Positions 60,481 to 64,000 of a stretch of 64,000 nt of DNA are shown piece after piece (the stretch's first letter is position 1; every line of letters starts with the position of its first letter). The notes beneath the pieces are model-generated. The model was not told where the DNA came from and did not search any database. It worked only from the letters and a program-made list of their open reading frames with translations. A program made the position numbers and the translations under genes. Origin of the DNA: Candidatus Nanoarchaeia archaeon (GTDB lineage: Archaea > Nanobdellota > Nanobdellia > SCGC-AAA011-G17 > JAFCDX01); NCBI GenBank assembly GCA_041651575.1, contig JBAZJB010000001.1, positions 266,609 to 330,608 on the forward strand. Direction: 5' to 3'.

Positions 60481-63101
60481 TAAAAATATTTTTTCTTTTT
60501 AAAAAAGAAAATAATTCCTATTAAAAATAATACGAAACATATTACACCTATTATTATATATTTATAAGGTATTAAACGAAGATTAACTTCTTTTAAAACA
60601 ATTTCTTCAGGAGTAATTTCTGCAACAGCTTCTTTAGAATTTATGGTAAGAGTAATTGGCATTCTGTAGCCATAATTAAGTCCATTAATTATTATTATTC
60701 CTTTTACTTCTCCTGTTTTTTCTGTAGGCAATATTGTAAAGGATATTTTTTTTGTTTCTCCAGGTTTTAAAATAATTGTTGAAGCTTCTAATTTAATTAT
60801 GCCTTTTAATGAATCTGATAATTCTATTCTTATAATATCTGATTCTTTTTGTGAATTTGTTAAAGTAAAACTTGATACTTTTTCTTCTGATTGTGTTAAA
60901 TCAAAACTTAATTCGTTTTCTGAAGTTGCAAAACTTGCTGATGATTCTTCTAAAGATCTTGTATTTTCCTGTGAAACTATTGATCCTCCACTTCCACCAG
61001 AACTTCCACTAGAAGGTTGTTGTAGTTCTCCTATCTGGATGGATATATTTCTATGAGTGGCATTATAATTTGTATCAAAAGGAATTATATTTATTATATA
61101 ATTTCCTGTAGCAGGAGGACTCCAAGTGTAAGATGTAGAAGCTGTTGTTGTTAATCTTGTTCTTACATTGTTTAAGATATATTCTACAATGTAATTTATA
61201 GTTTGATATGAAGTTTGTGTTGTCCATTGAATTGTTTTAACTCCAATTTCCCCGGCAGATGCAGGAGGACTTGTAATATTTACTAATCCACATTCTCCAG
61301 AAGCTATAGCAGAAGAAGGTATTTTATAATCATAGAAATTACCTATATTATTGTAACATCCTATTCCTTTTGCTACTCCGCCACCATAAAAATTATTATA
61401 CCATATATTACTGCTAGAAGAATTTATAGCATAACCTTCATTACTTATATTATAAAAAATATTTCCAGTTATATTATTATTTAATCCTGTTCCAAGTATA
61501 GTAAAAGTAGTTTGATAAAATGCAGAATTATTTACATAATAACTGGTATTTACATAATTTAATGTTAGAGAAGAATACCCAGAAATTAATGTTGCTCCTT
61601 CTAAAGAAATGTTTGTATAATTAATACCGTAACTTAATCCATCTCCTTCTGCTAAAAATAACCAAGAAGAGTTATAATCGCAAGTTATAGCTGGAACTGC
61701 TACATGTAAAGCATCACAAGTTAAAGGATAATCATTTGCTGTATAAGCGGTTACTTTTGCTCCAGCACCACAACCGACAGCATTTCCCCCATCTGTTAAT
61801 AACCATAAAGCATAATTAACTGTTCCATCTGTATCTGTCATAGGCATATTATCATGAGTTATATGTTCATGATCTCCCGCACCATTTGCTAATATAACAC
61901 AACTATTATAATTAGTTCCTCCATATTTGAAAGAAGAATTAGAAGCATACCAAGATTGATTTAAAGTCCAAGCTTCATTTATGGTGTATAGTGTTTGTCC
62001 AGCACCATTAAAAGTATTATTAATTATATTATTATTATTTCCAATTAAAGTTATTGCAAGAGTATTATTATCAGTTATATTAACATAATTATTCATAAAT
62101 AAATTATTATCAGTTAGAGAAAATAAAGTAGAAGTTGTAAGATTACATATAAATATACTATTAGTTACATTATTATTATTCACACCAGCCCCACCAATAC
62201 AAACATTTAATCCATTAACAGCTGAGACATTATTAATATTACAACTTTCTCCAAAACTTAATTTTTTTGTTGATGAATTTATAATATTACATATATTAGA
62301 TACCCAAATACTTTCATTAGTTGTAGCATTATAAATAAAATTATTTTCTCCACCAAAACCAATATAAGTTCCATTAAAATTAGCAAGATAAGTTTGTCCC
62401 ATATATTGTGCATCTTCAAAGTGTATGGATCCTGAAGAATTAATACTTGTAAAATTAATCATACAAGCACCTATCCCAGTTTCTTTGGATAATGCCCCAG
62501 AAAAATTTATTGTTTTTAAATTATTTCCAGAATAAAAATAGGCATCTGCCTTTATATTTTCCAAAGTAACATTATGACAACCCCATTCTGTAGCATCATT
62601 TCCTCCCCCACCACAAGCATGTACAGAAACAATATTACCACTCATAAATCCATAACCTATGTTTGCAGTAAGATTAAAAGCAGTTAAATCTACATTTTTA
62701 ACTGTAAGATTAAAAGCATTATTTTTCTTATTACAATATATAGCATTATCTATGTTCCATTGTGTAGGTGTTTGATTTGCAGGAACTATTATTGTTCCAT
62801 TGAAATCAATAGTTACATTAGAAGTTTCTATACTTATTATTCCATATGTTGCTGCTCCTTCTGCAACTCCTTTTAGAATTCCAGAAATATTATACCAAGA
62901 TTTATTTATTGTATAAATACCCTGTTCCATAATGCTACATGTATCCCCTATACTATTATTTATATGAACTAAACAAGATTCTAAATCTGTATAATCTCCT
63001 CCTCCAGAAAGTTGAACACTATGATCTGCTGCATAAATAAAAGGCAAACATAATAGCATAAAAACTAATACAAATATCCTCTCTTTTTTAATAAAATACA
63101 T
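60477..63101 (-). CDS. giant secreted surface protein (right-handed beta-helix-like, Asn/Gly/Thr-rich) with Ser/Gly linker and C-terminal TM anchor
   Basis: 874 aa; signal peptide; repetitive N..N.T strands; [11 protein letters not shown] linker; C-terminal hydrophobic helix plus KKKK. Confidence 0.5.
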   Translation of the reverse strand: MYFIKKERIFVLVFMLLCLPFIYAADHSVQLSGGGDYTDLESCLVHINNSIGDTCSIMEQGIYTINKSWYNISGILKGVAEGAATYGIISIETSNVTIDFNGTIIVPANQTPTQWNIDNAIYCNKKNNAFNLTVKNVDLTAFNLTANIGYGFMSGNIVSVHACGGGGNDATEWGCHNVTLENIKADAYFYSGNNLKTINFSGALSKETGIGACMINFTSINSSGSIHFEDAQYMGQTYLANFNGTYIGFGGENNFIYNATTNESIWVSNICNIINSSTKKLSFGESCNINNVSAVNGLNVCIGGAGVNNNNVTNSIFICNLTTSTLFSLTDNNLFMNNYVNITDNNTLAITLIGNNNNIINNTFNGAGQTLYTINEAWTLNQSWYASNSSFKYGGTNYNSCVILANGAGDHEHITHDNMPMTDTDGTVNYALWLLTDGGNAVGCGAGAKVTAYTANDYPLTCDALHVAVPAITCDYNSSWLFLAEGDGLSYGINYTNISLEGATLISGYSSLTLNYVNTSYYVNNSAFYQTTFTILGTGLNNNITGNIFYNISNEGYAINSSSSNIWYNNFYGGGVAKGIGCYNNIGNFYDYKIPSSAIASGECGLVNITSPPASAGEIGVKTIQWTTQTSYQTINYIVEYILNNVRTRLTTTASTSYTWSPPATGNYIINIIPFDTNYNATHRNISIQIGELQQPSSGSSGGSGGSIVSQENTRSLEESSASFATSENELSFDLTQSEEKVSSFTLTNSQKESDIIRIELSDSLKGIIKLEASTIILKPGETKKISFTILPTEKTGEVKGIIIINGLNYGYRMPITLTINSKEAVAEITPEEIVLKEVNLRLIPYKYIIIGVICFVLFLIGIIFFFKKKKYFY

Positions 63102-63126
63102 CGATAATACTAAAATTTATTGATTT

Positions 63127-64000
63127 TTAAAGTTTATGTTTTAATTTTTTAAGAGTATAATAACTAATTCCAAAAAAAATGAATATTAGCCCCACCCATA
63201 ACCAAAGCAAATATACTTTTTTTACTTGTGTTTTCTCTTCTAATTCAGAAGAAGTTGTAACAGAAACCAATCTTTCTAAAGTTAATTGAATATTGTTTAA
63301 TAAAATTTTATTTAACTTAACCTTAATATCTTTTTTTCCATCTCCATCAATATCTATCTCTTTTGAAATTCCTGATTCTATTGTAGAACTAATTTTATTA
63401 TCTAATGTAAATGATATCGTTCCTTTTTCTAGATTAATATTATCTATAATTAAAGTGTGAGTTAGCATATTATCATATTTAAAATTTCTAATTTCTTTTA
63501 TTGAAAGATCTACTATTTTTGGTTCTTGAGAAATATCTAAAGCTTCTTGTATATTCCCAAAGTTTTCTTTTATTTCTTTTTCTGTTATCTCCATTGAACT
63601 ACTTCCAGAAATTCCTGATGAACTTGTACTTGAAGAAGATCTTACAAAAATAGTGGTAGCTTGTGAAAATAATCCTCCAGCAGTATTTCTTACATAACAA
63701 ATAAGAGATAAATCCCCCAATTCATTTAATTTATAATCTACCGAACAAGAAGTTATTCCAGAACATATTGTAGTTCCTCCAAAAATTAATTCTAGGGAAC
63801 TTACATTTATTTCGTCTCCAGCAGAACAAGAAAGGGTCATAGTATCAAATAATTTTTGATTAACTTCTGTAGCAGGGTTTAAAGATATAGAAGAACCTTG
63901 AGTATTAAATGTAAATAAACTTGTTTCTTTTCCAGTATTATTAGTTATATAATTGGCCGCCACTAATTTTAATTTATATGTTGCTAAATTTGCAAGTCCA
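63127..64000 (-). CDS. secreted/anchored surface protein, N-terminus beyond window (GTG at 63963 is not a real start)
   Basis: No in-frame stop between 63963 and the window end; SSSTSSSGISGSS linker; C-terminal TM plus KKLKHKL. Confidence 0.4.
   Translation of the reverse strand, partial: GLANLATYKLKLVAANYITNNTGKETSLFTFNTQGSSISLNPATEVNQKLFDTMTLSCSAGDEINVSSLELIFGGTTICSGITSCSVDYKLNELGDLSLICYVRNTAGGLFSQATTIFVRSSSSTSSSGISGSSSMEITEKEIKENFGNIQEALDISQEPKIVDLSIKEIRNFKYDNMLTHTLIIDNINLEKGTISFTLDNKISSTIESGISKEIDIDGDGKKDIKVKLNKILLNNIQLTLERLVSVTTSSELEEKTQVKKVYLLWLWVGLIFIFFGISYYTLKKLKHKL

Overview
AT-rich archaeal chromosome segment, probably from a small-genome DPANN-like lineage. Conserved archaeal information-processing clusters: NusA(partial)-S12-S7-[insertions]-EF-2-EF-1alpha ... 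S10; an rRNA operon 16S-tRNA-Ala-23S followed by RNase P RNA (no 5S seen); Sec61beta-NAC; tRNA-His-hisS; scpA; rpoE-spt4-S24e-S27ae; gyrB-SET-gyrA. A ~15.7 kb integrated element sits between tuf and rps10, bounded by a 31-bp duplication of the tuf 3' end. It carries an XRE/metallopeptidase/AbrB/RHH regulator set, a dual-specificity phosphatase, many tiny membrane ORFs, a modular family of large secreted Cys/Gly-rich surface proteins and a frameshifted tyrosine integrase. Other unusual content: a bona fide bacterial-type sigma-70 factor; a Tat-signal L,D-transpeptidase paired with an HExxH protein; a SET-domain gene wedged between gyrB and gyrA; a tRNA-Ala with two introns (one in the T-loop); an eL41-like micropeptide coupled to S10; duplicated divergent-promoter intergenic repeats; a G8 homopolymer inside a surface-protein gene. 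Giant beta-helix surface proteins lie at the 3' edge. All coordinates come from manual reading; rRNA ends are approximate.
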